Assembly (NCBI GenBank): GCA_001643675.2
Contig: LSRY02000006.1
Location: 868,001-932,000 of the forward strand
DNA length: 64,000 nt
Reading direction: 5' to 3'
DNA from: Monocercomonoides exilis PA203
Taxonomy: Eukaryota > Protista > Preaxostyla
Position numbers and translations under genes: made by a program. The notes beneath the pieces were generated by a model, which was not told the DNA's origin, did no database searches, and saw nothing but the letters and a program-made list of their open reading frames with translations. This document shows positions 51,301 through 64,000 of the stretch, piece by piece. Positions within the stretch are counted from its first letter, which is position 1. Every line of letters starts with the position of its first letter.

Positions 51301-52494
51301 CTGAATGCAACGCCAGGCGTCAGTGTTGGGACCAGCATTCGCAGCCCCACGCCTTATCAATCTCCTTCAGTCACTCTGACATCGATGAATCTGTCTATGA
51401 CATCTGCCTTGTCATCACCATTGTCATCGCCTTCTCCATCAGGCGCAGTGATCGTTCGCTCTGGGCGCACAGAAGGGGAGAAAGAGCGGTCATTCCAGTC
51501 TTCTTCGTCTCTCTCGGGAAAGCTGATGAGCGAAAACAGAGAATCGCCTGGAGCAGCACACGGAGGACAAGGGGCAGCAGAGCAGAGAGTGGCTGCATAC
51601 ACCTCACCTGCCACCACACGCTCTGGCTCATCCATTTATTCTCCAATGCAGTCATCGCCGTATTTTTCTTTTGCTTCATCTTCGTCTTCCTCGTCCTCGT
51701 CCTCATCATCATCTTCCTCGTCCATTTCACCGCCTCGTGCCCCGGCTGTCGTAACAACAACGTTTCGGCCATCGACAATTTCCACACCACTTTCAGTGCG
51801 GTCGATGATCACACCCATCACACCAACATCTTCTTCTTCCTCCTCTTCCTCTTCGTACTCATCCTCACCAGCCACCACCAACACCTCATCTTCTGGAGTC
51901 ACTTCATTGAGAGGCATTGCAGAATCAGAGCATAAAGGATCTGATAAAGCAGGATCACCTACTTCGTTGTTTTCTTCACCATTCTTTCCATCGCTTACGC
52001 CTTCATCATCGTCTTCTTCTACTACTAATTCTTCTTCATTGGCTCGCCATCCGGTTCATTCACCACGCTCTCCTCACTCAAGACAAGACGGCACTTCACT
52101 TCGAGGAGAAGAAGCGAGAGGAGGGGGCCAGATTCACTTTGAGGCTGAGATTGACGGACAGCCTGTTACTTACAGTGTGTCAGCTTCTGCAGCAGCAAGA
52201 GGAAAGAAAGAAGGGAAGAAGAGAAAAGCGGATGGGGCGGGGAAAGTGCGGGGCATGGGAAGTGGATGGCAGAGTGGGGCAGGTGCGAAGGAGGAAGGAG
52301 TTGCAATCTTGATGGATGGGGAGAGAGGGCAAGGGAGTACAGTACCTTCGCTGAGAGCAGTAGGGATTGGTGATTCAGAAAGAGAGGAGCAGTTCGGAGA
52401 GGAAAAGAAGGGGAAACGGGTGGGTTCGCCGCAGATGCCGATTTCGCGATATTACAATACAAACCTGATTCACAGGCCTGTAACACCTTCGTGA
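48388..52494 (+). CDS. Large coiled-coil protein with a Ser-rich disordered C-terminus, function unknown
   Basis: Several short 5' exons separated by AT-rich GT-AG introns, followed by a 1021-aa terminal ORF. Confidence 0.7.
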
Positions 52495-52958
52495 TTTTAG
52501 ATGTCTAGTGCGCTTTGTATGACTTGTCAAGTATTTTGCCACATTTCCGATGAAAGCTTGATTTCTTCCGGCCTTGAATTCAATTTGTGATCAATAAAAT
52601 CTGAACTTAAGAATCAATGTTTTGTTTTATAAAGTCTGTTAAACAAGAGTTCACTCTCTCGTTAGTTTGTGTTTATATTGCAAGTTTCATATTTTTAATT
52701 TTTGACGAAATAAGGAAATGATTGTCAACCTTTTTTTCTTTTGAATTTTTCTTTTATTTTTGTGTTTTCATCGACGGAAAAGTTATGTTTTTGAGTCGAT
52801 GGGATTGGTCGAAAAAAGAATTTTATATGAGATTTGTTGGTTGTTGCTGTAAAATTATTTATCCTTTTTCAAAAGCAAATAAACAGAAAATGAGCAACAA
52901 TGATTAAAAACCAATTTTCAATCTGCACTTTTCACAGCTTGTAAATATAATTTTGATA

Positions 52959-54001
52959 GGGTGGTTTTTTTATCCTGACTGTTTTTTTATCCGGACAAAA
53001 ATTTAAAATTAAAATATCTCAACAAATATTCAATATTAATTTCCAGCAATTTGCGCAGTTATATGTTAGCATATATGACATCGATTTATATGCAAATTTT
53101 TAATAGAAATGTTGTATATTTTTTGTAATAAATAATTTTTATTTTTGAAAATCCGACTTTTGATGAATTTTTCAATTTAAATAAAATGATTTGGTTCATC
53201 TTTTATGCACACAACTTATTTTTTCCATGATGTAAACAATTCTGGTTATTTTTTATTTTCGGCAATTTGCTCCTTCTGATGAAAAAAAAACTATCATTTT
53301 CAAAAAATCATTGTCAATGGGACAACTTAAAAAATATTTTTTTCCAAACTCATAAGCATACATGTGAATTTAACACATGCATCAATAAATATGATAGTTA
53401 TATGAAATTTCTTTATTGATGAAATAAAAAATGATTCAGTAGGTACTTTTTTTAATGTAATTAGTTTTCATAATTGATGATTTATAATGATCATTTTCAT
53501 AGATTTTATTACCAAATTGTATTTTGTGAAATACCTACTGAATCATTTTTAATTTCATCAATAAAGAAATTTCATATAACTATCATATTTATTGGTGAAT
53601 ACGTTAAATCCACTTGGATGTTTTTGTGTTTTGCAAAAAATATTTTTTAGTTATCCCATTGATAATGATTTTTCAAAAATGATTGATTTTCATTCCGTCT
53701 TAACGAGCAAATTGTCGAAAATGAAAAATAACCAGAATTGTTTACATCATGGAAAAAATAAGTTGTGTGCATAAAAGATGAACCAAATCATTTTATTTAA
53801 ATTGAAAAATTCATCAAAAGTCGGATTTTCAAAAATAAAAATTATTTATTACAAAAAATATACAACATTTCTATTAAAAATTTGCATATAAATCGATGTC
53901 ATATATGCTAACATATAACTGCGCAAATTGCTGGAAATTAATATTGAATATTTGTTGAGATATTTTAATTTTAAATTTTTGTCCGGATAAAAAAACCACT
54001 T
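52959..54001. mobile_element. ~1.04-kb fold-back element (~470-bp inverted arms, ~85-bp spacer), non-coding
   Basis: 52981-~53444 is the reverse complement of ~53531-53996, near-perfect in the outer ~270 bp. The left end is TA|GGGTGGTTTTTTTATCC and the right end is GGATAAAAAAACCACTT|TA. Confidence 0.85.
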
Positions 54002-55117
54002 TATGTACAAAAATATCGAAAAATTCTAACTTCAACAAACATAATTTGTTTTCACAACTTCATTGAATTGAGCTTTTGAACTACAATTTTGTATGATTGT
54101 TTTAAAAAAATAGCTCTCAATTTGTGTGAAAATTTTAATTATTCCAGATTTTGAAGAATCTCAAATTAAACATATTTCCTTCATTCATAAGATTTCTTAT
54201 TTCTCTCTCTCTCCATCTATCTATCTATCTTTTTTTCTTTTCTTTTTTCTTTTTTCTTTTTTCTTATTTTGAGGCTCTTTCGATGATCATTTTGCAAAAT
54301 AACTTTGTGTTCGTTTGCTCTTCTCTTTTCTTTTGAATTCAATTTCTTCTATCTCCTTTCTTTTCTTGACTCCGATTGTGATGACTTGAACTGAATTTCA
54401 GAATCCATAAACATTTATTTCAAATTCATATCTCAACAACTCTTAATAATAAACATAGCAATATAGAAAAACAATTTTAATTCAAAAGTCGATGAAAAAA
54501 CTTCTTTATTTCGAAAAATCAGGAATGTTCAAAGCTTTCTTCGAATTTTATGGGCATTCTTTTCTTTTATGATGAATAATTCTTCCTCTTATCATTTTTT
54601 GTTTATCAACTGTTGCAATGACATTATCTTTGTATGATTCTGTTATAAATATGATAATCCATTTCCAAGTGTAAATTTCATCATATTCTTTTAAAGAATG
54701 TACTATGTAATCATACTGAGTGGAAGCTTTATCAAACGATGAAAGACATTCGCAAGAAATCTTATGAAGAAAAATAAAACATATTTAAACTGACTCGATA
54801 TCTAAAAAAATTTTTTGAATTGTTGTAGCTAATTAATCTAAAAATTTGAGTATACATCTCAATGCTTTTAATTTTCAGAAATCCAAAAGCTAAGCAAAAT
54901 GGTGAAAAGGCTGCAAAAAGATATTTGTTTACCAAAATCGATCACACCCATAACCTAATATTTTTTCTGAGTATTTCCAGAAAAGAATACAATAAGAAAT
55001 TTTTTAAATCTATATAATTTTCAAATGTATATTTTCATTGAGACCTCAAACTTGATGTTATATAATTTATATTATATGGATAATTTCTTCAACTAAAATT
55101 TTTGATATTCAACAATT

Positions 55118-58100
55118 ATGACTTCTGCATTTGAGGAATGTTTGATTGATGTTTTATTTGTTGCTGGCACGAGGTGCACATGAATGAATATTTCTTTTTG
55201 TAAAATGTTTTTTCTGATGAATAAGATACCGTTGAAAAAGTACTTGGAGCCGGGGCATTCGGAGAGGTTTCACTTGTACGACACAAGCCAACCGGAGGGC
55301 AATATGTTTGGAAGAAAATGCCAGTTGAAGGAGGTAGGCTAACAGCGGAACAAGAAGCCGAGTTGTTTGTTGCGAAAACATTAGACTGCGATTACGTAGT
55401 CAAAATTAAGGAATCTATTTTTCATCCCACCTCTGACAACAAATTGGAACTTTATTTGGTAATGGAATACTGCGGAGGTGGAGATTTGCGTGGAGTTATA
55501 ACAAAAAAGAAGGCTGAAGGAGGCAAGCTATCTGAAGAAGTTTGAATAAAATATAACATTTTTATTTATCATTTATTTCTTTGTGATGTTATAAATGTTG
55601 ATGGTTTTGAATTGATGTTCGTATTTCATCATGCATCATCTGTACACGCACACACAAAAAAAAAGGAGATAAAAGATTATTTTTGCCAATCACTTTTAGG
55701 ACTTCATTATTTACATAGCAGAAATATGCTTCATAGAGATATCAAACCGGACAATATTCTCCTAACCTCGGATCATAAGCTGAAATTGGGAGATTTGGGC
55801 TTGCTAAAAGAAATGAAAGTTGACGAAAAGATCACAACTCAGGCCGGAACCCCGTTTGTGCTTTTGTTTTGATGTTTTGTTAGTTATTTATTCGTTTCCA
55901 TGTAATTTCAAAATGAAATTTGAATCGATTGAAAATTATTTATATGTGCAAAGTGCCTATATGTCTCCTGAAATTAGAGGAAGACAATCGTATGCCGAAC
56001 AAGCGTAATCTTTTTAAGAATTTATTTATTTATTTATTTATTTTTATTTTCATTTTTTGATTATTAATGCTTTTATTCTCCTGTTTCAGTTATGGCTCGA
56101 AAGCAGATATTTTTGCTCTGGGTGTTGTGTTGTATGAGCTTTGCTGTCTGGAGCGTCCATTTGATACAACTAACATGATGGAGCTGCTTTTTGGAGTAAA
56201 AGTTGATGTGAAGGCGAAGGAGCCGGTTGGATATTCGGAGGAGCTGATCCAACTAATCATGCAAATGCTCCATAATGTATGTATCTTCTCTGCAAATGAG
56301 AAGGAAAAAATTTTTTATGTTTTTGTTGATGCAATTGTTTCAATGTTTTTTTTTTATTTTCCTTGAGCTTAAATCATTTTATTTATTAATTTTCATTAAT
56401 TTTGCTGTTTGTTTAATTGAAGGATTCTGAAATGCGTCCATCAACTGACATGCTCATTGAAAAGCCACTGATCAAAGAACACATCGCTAAGCGTGGTTAT
56501 GTCATTCCGAAGACTTCCTCAGGAAACGTCACTGCGTATGATGTTTTTTATAATATTTGTCAATTATTGAAATATTCATATTTCTTTTTTTTCCGACAAA
56601 CGAAATAATAATGATATTATTTTTATTATTTATTCATTCATTCATTCATTCATTTATTTATTTCTTAATAAATTTATTTCCTTTTCATTTCCCTGTATTG
56701 TCACCTTCTTGATATTGCAATTATCTCTCAGGCTCGACCCTACAAAAATGCAAGCGCTGATGGAGGAAAATGCCAAGCTGCAGCAGAAAGTGCAAGAAAT
56801 GGAGAAGAAAACTGACAGCAGCAAAGCGAAAGGTGCGCTGCCTGCAGAGTTACTTGCTGCTCTTCTGGGTGGCTTTGGGAGAGCGGACGATGAAGATGAG
56901 GAGAAAGAAAAGGGAGACAAAGAAAAAAAGAAGAAACTGAAGGACATTAAAGCTCGGAAGGACAAAGAAGACGGCTCGGACAGCGAGGAAGATGACGAAG
57001 TGCTTGATTTTACGAGCTCTTTCTCAACGAGCGACGAGTCTGAGCCGATGGACTATGTGGATACGCCCACTACGACAGAAGATTCGTCTTCTTCTTCTTC
57101 TTCTTCAGACGACAGTAGCAGTTCTTCAGAAAAAGAAGACGAAAATTCTAATGACGAGCAACTGGACGATGACACCAAAAAGAAGAAGCGGAAGGAGAAG
57201 AAAGCAGCGAAAGAGCGAGAGCAAGGCGTGGCTATCCTGGCTGAGGTGTCGCCGTCGACAAGACTGAAAAAATGGATCGAAGACGATAAAGGAGTGGTTA
57301 TAGTGGAATCGAACAAGGCGTTCTGCAAATGGGGAAAAAGCACAGGAGAGACGATGATGGTGCGCAAGAAAATCGCCACGGGAGTCTGGCGAATAGAGTT
57401 GAAGTTCCATTCGATGTACCAAGTGACATCACCCACGATGAAGATGGTTCCGTTTCTGAAGCCGATTTTGAGAGACAACGAGAAGTTTCACGAGGCGCAC
57501 AAGAGCGGCATGGTTGAGGACGAGTTTGTTTGGATTCCGCAGGTGGGGCTGTGTGGTGTACCGAGGCATGTGTCGCGGAAGTATCCGTTTGGGATCGACA
57601 AGATGAGCCGCTGCTTCACCAGCGAAGGAGATGTGTTTGCAGAGCGGAAGGCAACTGAAGGGAATGCGAAGTGGAAAGAAGGAGATGTGATCGGGATGGA
57701 GGTGGACATGAGCAAAAGATGCTGCTACTTCTTTGTGAATGGAGAGCGACAAAAGGTGTTCATCAAGAAGATTCCTGGTTGTGTGCGATTTGGTGTGGGA
57801 ATGTCGAAGGAAGGCTCTCGTGTGGAGATTGTGAAGCTCGATCGAGTTGCTGAAAGCAGCTTCGTACCGCGGGACGACGATGTGGCACTACCATGGCGGG
57901 GTTCGATAGAAGAAGAGCAGAAAGAGGAGAAGAGAGAGAAGGAGGTGGAGGTGATGGTGCAGAAGATGAAAGAGAAGAGGAAAGGAGGAGGAGGCGAAGG
58001 CGGAGGGAAAACAGAAGAAACTGCATTTTTGCCACTTCCAATAGATGGAATTGTAGTGAAGAACAAAACGGTCCTGTGGAAAGCGCGCATCCCAACGATG

Positions 58101-61100
58101 ATATATGCGCGTGGGTGTGTGACTGAAGGCATCTACCGCATCGATTTTCGAGTGAAGCATGGGAAAGACGGTGTGTGGTGCCCTGTGATTGGGGCAGCGT
58201 GTGTGCCAAGACTGAACCCACCAACGACTTGTTTTGGACACGACAGCGCGTCTGTCTCGTACTACTCACAGGGAGCATGCTGGGTGAACAACAAGGCGAT
58301 TGCTGGGAACGACACGTGGAAGGACGGAGATGTTGTGGGGATGGAGGTAAACATGAAGGCGAGGCGTTTATGCTTCTTTGTGAATGGGAAGAGGCAGAAG
58401 CTGTTCATCAAGGGCATTCCGAACCCTATCCAGTTCGGTGTCGGACTTGGTCAAGACGGTGCAGAGGCCGACTTGATCAAATTTGAGAAGCTGAAGAAGG
58501 GGAAATTCAAGCCGAGCAGCGACGATCAACCTGTTCGGTGGGTGCTTGATGGCAGCAGTGGAAGTGGAGGAGACGACAGTGACGATGATACTGACTCTTC
58601 AGACGCAGATGCAGCCGACATCTCAGACGATGACAGCGATGATGATCTATATGCAGCCTTTGATGATCCCGATGACGATGAGGATGTGCTTGTGCTGAAG
58701 GACGTAGCGCTGTGGCTGTCGCCGATGCCGCAGATGCTGCTGTCTCGGTGCTTCGTGATGCCCAATGCACAAGTCGTACGTGTGGTGGTGCAGATGAAGA
58801 TGGGCGAGCGGATGGGGATGTGGTGCCCTGTGGTCGGTGTGTGCGAGTATCCGCGCCTCAAATCGAGCAGAACGTGCTTCGGCAACGACGACGAGTCTGT
58901 TGCGTGGTATTCGAACGGAAGAGTCGTGAAGAGCGGAATCAAGAAAGACGGGTGCGAGCCATGGGGAGATAACGACAGGCTGATGATTGAGGTGGATATG
59001 AGGAACAGGAGGATCTACTTCTTCAGGAACATGCGGAGACAGCCTGTGTACATGACAAACATCCCGAACTTGCTGCAGATTGGAGTGTGTTTCCGTATAT
59101 ACATATGTATACTTCAAAATTTCCTTTTTCGAATGTTATATTTATTTATTTATTTCACATTTCAAAAAAAATTTTTTTTGTATTAATCCATCTTCTTCCT
59201 CTCAATCCTTCCATTCGTTCAGATTGGAATGTCCTCTGAAGGAGCCGTCGCGCAGATTGTGTCTGTCGTCGAAACAACAACTTCTCTATTTACTCCTCGT
59301 GCGAACGACAGGCCATTTTCGTGGAATCCGATGCTTCCACTTCTTGCAGACCTGGAGATGGCTGGAAGAGCACTCGCTGCTGTCGTCGCTGGAGCTGGCA
59401 GCGGTGGCTCTGGTGCTGCTAAGGGATCGACTCCACTTTTGAGGCAGCCTCCTCCGTATGCTGCTTCCGGTTCATCTTCGTTGGCAAAGCCCTGTTCTGG
59501 CAAGCCTGATGTCATCCAAGCCTCATTTGTGCAGACCGTGGACTATGTGCGAGTGGCTGGGAAGACAGTCACGTGGCATAACAGCAAATTTGCGATGGTG
59601 TTTGTGAAGCAGGTGATCACGTCTGGCATCTGGAAGGCAACGTTCCAGTTCAAAGACACATACAGCAGCAGGTGGAATGCGATGGTTGCCATCTTCCGCT
59701 CGCCGTGGACGAGGAGTGTGACGAATCCGATGGGGCTCAACGACGACTCAATGGTGTATATGACAAACGGGCAGGTTGTGCACGACGAAGAACTGTGTTT
59801 CCGTGGTTTTTCTTGGGGAGATAAGGATCGTATGACGATTGAGGTGAATATGGACACAAGGAAGGCTTTCTTCTTCGGCAACGACGAAAAGAGACCTTTC
59901 TTCTTATCGAACTTGCCGGATTGTATACAACTTGCTGTTTGTTAAAAAAATTTTTTTTCTTTTTTTTCTTTTTTTTCTTTTTTTTCTTTTTTTTTCTTTT
60001 TGTTTTTAATTGTGTTGATAATTTGAAATGAATTTATATTTTTGAAATTTCCTTCAACATATATTCTATGGCATTCAATTTTCATTCATTTATTTATCCA
60101 TTTTTTTTTTCTCAAACTATTTTGTTGTTATTATTGTTATTGTTATAATTATGGCAATTCCAGGTTGGATGCGCCAACGCCGGTGCAGTTGTTAGTCTGC
60201 TTTCGTTGGAGCGTCTCCCAAGGTCGATTACAATTCCACACATATCCGACGTAATTGTTGTGTGGCAAGGTCAAACCAAGTCAGACGGTGAAATGCTCTT
60301 CCGCATGTTGGGTGTGCTTCCAGACGATTCGTCTTCTTCCTCTTCTGGTTCAGACTCGGACAAAAAGAACAGCGCAGGCGATGGAGGGATGCTTGGATCC
60401 GTGCTCGAGAAAGGGACCAGCTTTATGGCATGCAGCCACCCGAAGTTTGAGGTGTATCCACACAAAGTTAAAGCGAAGACGCAGGAAGGGCGGACGGTTG
60501 TGAACGAAAAAGTGCTAACAGAAGGCATATGGCGTGTGGACTTCAAGTTCCAAGGCGCATGTGGACAGGGAAAAACAGCCATTTCCTACAACCAGGGCTT
60601 CTGGGAGCCGACTGTGGGTGTGTGCCGCGCGGGGTGGCTGGAGGAGGAAGGGGACAGGAGCTCATTGGGGAACGACCCAGACTCGTTTGATTATCACTCG
60701 TACTTTGGGACGTGCTTCTGCAATGGGCTGGAGATCAATGGGAACACACCATGGACGGATAATGATTTTATCACACTGGAGATTGACATGAACTTGCATA
60801 CCGTTTGCATAGCAGTGAATGACAAGAGGCAACCTGTCTGCTTTGTGGACATCCCAAGAGCAGTACAAGTGGCGGTATGAAGATTAATGCTCTTTGTTTC
60901 TTTTTCTTTTTTTTTATAAAGAAATTTTAAGAAATTAAGAAAAAGATGTGGTGGTTTATTGAATGAGAAATGAACTTATTGAAATCTCATGAATTAACTT
61001 GTTTGATAATTGTTTTTCGGATTTTTTTCTTCTTTCTATCTTTCTTCATCTTCAAAATATGTTTATTCCCTTTTACATTGTAAAAATTATAATTCCAATT

Positions 61101-62386
61101 CTTCTTTCTTTATCAATCAGATTGGACTTGGAAAAGACTACGGCACATGCACAATCGAAGCGTTTGGACAGCTGTCCGAACCGTTTTTGAACCCGCCGAC
61201 CGAAAAAGACACGCTGTGCAACATGCGCCTGAACTCTCTTGTGGAATACGGGAAGGACTACGAGGCGCAGGTGAAGCTCTACCCGCGCTTTGTGAGCGAT
61301 CCCAACTGCACTGTGTATGCCGTTGACCCTTCAGGCTATGTGGGGAGGTGGTTCCAGGACGTTGGCCGGATGCTGTTCCTTGACCGTGTCTTCAACTATG
61401 GTGATGGCGCGTTCCGGGCTGATTTTATGTTCCACAACACAGAAGGTGGACGAATGAATGCCAACATCGGCATCACTGCTGTTCCGAAAGGCCCCGAAAG
61501 CGACTTCCGCTTTGGCGATGATCCAGACAGTGTGGCGTATTATCAGTCGGGCAACATATTCCATGCGGCAGAGAAGAAAGAAGGGTGCGCTGTGTGGAAA
61601 GACGGGGATGTGATTAGCCTGCTTGTCGACATGAAGCAGCGGAGACTATTTTTCCTGAAGAACAACCAGCGACAGAACACGTTTGTGATGTCGCTTCCGT
61701 TGAGTGTGCAGATCGGTGTTGGCTTAGGCAAAGCAGGAGGTGCAGTGGAGCTGGTGCGGTTTGTGCAGCTGTATAATCCCGAGCAAGAGGAGGTTGTGCT
61801 GCAGGAGAAGTCGAGCGAGATGCGTGGTGTGTTCTGGGCAGGGAGACACGAGGAGATGACGTGGGGCATGTCGCCTTTCCGCGAAGTGAGTGTGGAAGGG
61901 AAGATTGTGCGGTGGGTGGAGCAGAAGCCGTGTGTGATGCTCGGGCGGTGGATCATCAACGAAGGAATCTGGCGGTTTGATGTGAAGATCACCAACGCTT
62001 GTATTGGTGGAGAGTGGACACCTGTCATTGGGCTGTCCAGATGCCCGTGGACGCAGACGCCGCTGAACTGCTTCGGACAGGACAGAGACAGCTGTGCATT
62101 CTACATGTCTGGGCAGTGCTTCCAGGGCGGTGTGTCCACAAGCGGGAACGACAGATGGGGCAACAAGGATGTCGTGGGGATGGAGGTGGACATGGACAAG
62201 AGGAGGGTGCTGTTCTTTGTGAAGAACCAGAGGCAGCGGGTGATCTACACACACATCCCAGAGTGCGTGCAAGTGGGCGTAGCTATGGACAAAGCAGGTG
62301 CAACTGCAGAGATTTTGAGATATGAACGAGTGAAAGAATCATCTTTTGTTCCTTTTTGGAGGGACAAAACTGTCATGTGGGTGTAA
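55118..62386 (+). CDS. NEK-like Ser/Thr kinase fused to a coiled coil/acidic linker and seven B30.2/SPRY-like repeats
   Basis: LGAGAFGEV, VWKK, LVMEYCGGGDL, HRDIKPDNILL, KLGDLGL, AGTP-AYMSPE, KADIFALGVVLYELC. A phase-2 intron (~56538-56730) joins the kinase to the 56709 ORF. The unit W..GD.(I/V)G(M/L)EVDM..R...FF.N..RQ...I..IP..(V/I)Q.GV recurs seven times. Confidence 0.8.
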
Positions 62387-63174
62387 CTCCTTGCTTTTAT
62401 CTTCTGTTATTTTTCTTTTGATTTTTTTTTTTCAAGTTCTTTATTTTTAAAATGTTATTTATGAAAGGCTGGTATTATTCAGCTTGTGTGCACTCGTTCA
62501 TAACAGAGTTCGAGATTCTTTTATTTTTTGAGATGTTGCATTTTTTCGTTGAGCATAGTTATTCAACGAAGAAAAAGAATGCAGCATTTAAATTTTATAG
62601 CTCTTCTATTCATTGCGTTTTATATTGCATGTTTTATCAGGTGTTGTATTTTTTATCCATTTTCACATCTTTTGAGATCGTATTTTTTTATTTTTTGAGT
62701 AATTTTTCTCTTCTCTCCCAAGCCATCACTAAAGAGTATATTTTTAGAAGATTTTGATAAAAACAAAGAAAATTGAGAAAATGATTTTGTAACATTTCTT
62801 GCATCATTTAACTCAAAAAACATCTCTCCAAAGAGCAACAATCAACTTTTGACATTTTCCTAAAGCATTATCTTTTCATTCAATTTAATGCTTATCACTT
62901 CTTTTTGATTCAAAAAACGCTTTTCTCGGTTCAACCTTTCGATAAATCGCTTGTTTTAGTTCATTTTTTTTTTAATTTTTCAAATGTCAATTGTGATCTC
63001 GAGTCAAAGTTCACAAATAACAAAAAAAATCAATCCAATTAATTTTTAATTCATATTCAATGAAAACAGGCTTTAAAAAAACAACCTCTCCTTCCCATGT
63101 GATTGGGAAAGTCAATAAAAAAGAAAAAAATCAATAAGTCAAAAAATGACTAATGAATCATTTACTCAACCGAT

Positions 63175-64000
63175 CTAGCATTTAACAGGTCCTGCGTAGA
63201 ATCCTTGTTCGCATCCGCACTCATTCTTTCCTCTGATGATCTTAAAGTGACCTTTCTCTCCCCATGCTGGTCCCCATGAGTTCTGAAGAAGCCAGTATGG
63301 AACACCATCTTCAACGCCCCATCCGATCAAAAGGACAGCATGTCCTCCTTCTTGGTATCCTGATTTGTGTTGATAAACTCCACTCTTGTAGTTCATGAAA
63401 TCAGAATAAACTGTGAAACGGAAGTAAACTGGTCCGTTTTTCATCAATTCTTCTTGAATGTTCTGTACTGTGTATGTCTCAGCTTTCTCATACTTGTAAC
63501 GAATAATCTGTGATCCATTGGAGCACTTTGCAGCGCAAGCTGGAACACGTCCATTTCCCGAAACGTATGGGAGGCATTCTTCAGTTGTGACACCATTTGA
63601 AACGAGCCATTTTGATGACAATGGGCCAGATCCTCCATTGCAGCCGGAATCACCTTTGTCGCATGAAACGAGATCTTGGACTGAAAGCATTCCCTTTCCG
63701 CATCCTTTGATTGAGAATCTGTTTCCAATAGCTTCTGATGCCGCATGTGCCCAGCATGATCCGCAAGAAGCTTGATCGCGCACTGGATAAATCTTTCCTG
63801 GCCATTGTTCACGTGCATCGAAGTTCTCTGGGACATTGTTTGGTTCAACATATTCAACATCTTCGAGAGGAAGAACTTCTTCACCAAGCATGGCTCTCAT
63901 CTTTGCTAAAGTGATAACTTCTCTTGGATATTCAATTGCAACCCATGTGGAGCTTGGATCGTTGTTAACTGTTTCAACAATTGATTCTGCAATAACTGAA
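63175..64000 (-). CDS. Cathepsin B-like papain-family (C1A) cysteine protease, 5'-partial
   Basis: FDAREQWP, DQASCGSCWA (catalytic Cys), GCNGG, YKSGVY, GGHAV (His), YWLLQNSWG (Asn). The propeptide runs off the window end. Confidence 0.95.
   Translation of the reverse strand, partial: SVIAESIVETVNNDPSSTWVAIEYPREVITLAKMRAMLGEEVLPLEDVEYVEPNNVPENFDAREQWPGKIYPVRDQASCGSCWAHAASEAIGNRFSIKGCGKGMLSVQDLVSCDKGDSGCNGGSGPLSSKWLVSNGVTTEECLPYVSGNGRVPACAAKCSNGSQIIRYKYEKAETYTVQNIQEELMKNGPVYFRFTVYSDFMNYKSGVYQHKSGYQEGGHAVLLIGWGVEDGVPYWLLQNSWGPAWGEKGHFKIIRGKNECGCEQGFYAGPVKC

Noticed and set aside
1-64000. CRISPR arrays, rRNA, tRNA, operons or telomeric arrays
   Set aside because: None seen; the repeats present are microsatellites or transposon inverted repeats.

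Overview
AT-rich eukaryotic genomic DNA with short GT-AG introns (often GTTTG donors) and Ser/Glu low-complexity proteins. The style resembles an oxymonad such as Monocercomonoides; this is an inference, not a database result. The standard genetic code fits. Host genes: a coiled-coil protein, a membrane-anchored S41-type peptidase head-to-head with a FAR-17a/AIG1-like membrane protein, three copies of a lineage-expanded 'ELEHC/YQSAWQF' family, a type-I surface protein, a kinesin-1-like motor with a B-box-like insert, a maspardin homologue, a NEK-like kinase followed by seven SPRY-like repeats, and a cathepsin B-like protease. The main signal is a dense set of DNA transposons identified from their terminal inverted repeats (TIRs): a decayed pogo-like DD35D element (3400-5409), an apparently intact Merlin/IS1595-type element (14396-15893), two MITEs, a 1-kb fold-back element, and two large non-autonomous TIR elements (17200-21202 and 22061-27899). 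Those two have target-site duplications (TSDs) and are filled with host gene fragments rather than transposase. Both carry pieces of the same surface-protein superfamily, suggesting a Pack-type gene capture and shuffling system. A 741-bp near-identical inverted tract links two otherwise divergent paralogues 25 kb apart, consistent with gene conversion or recent duplication.
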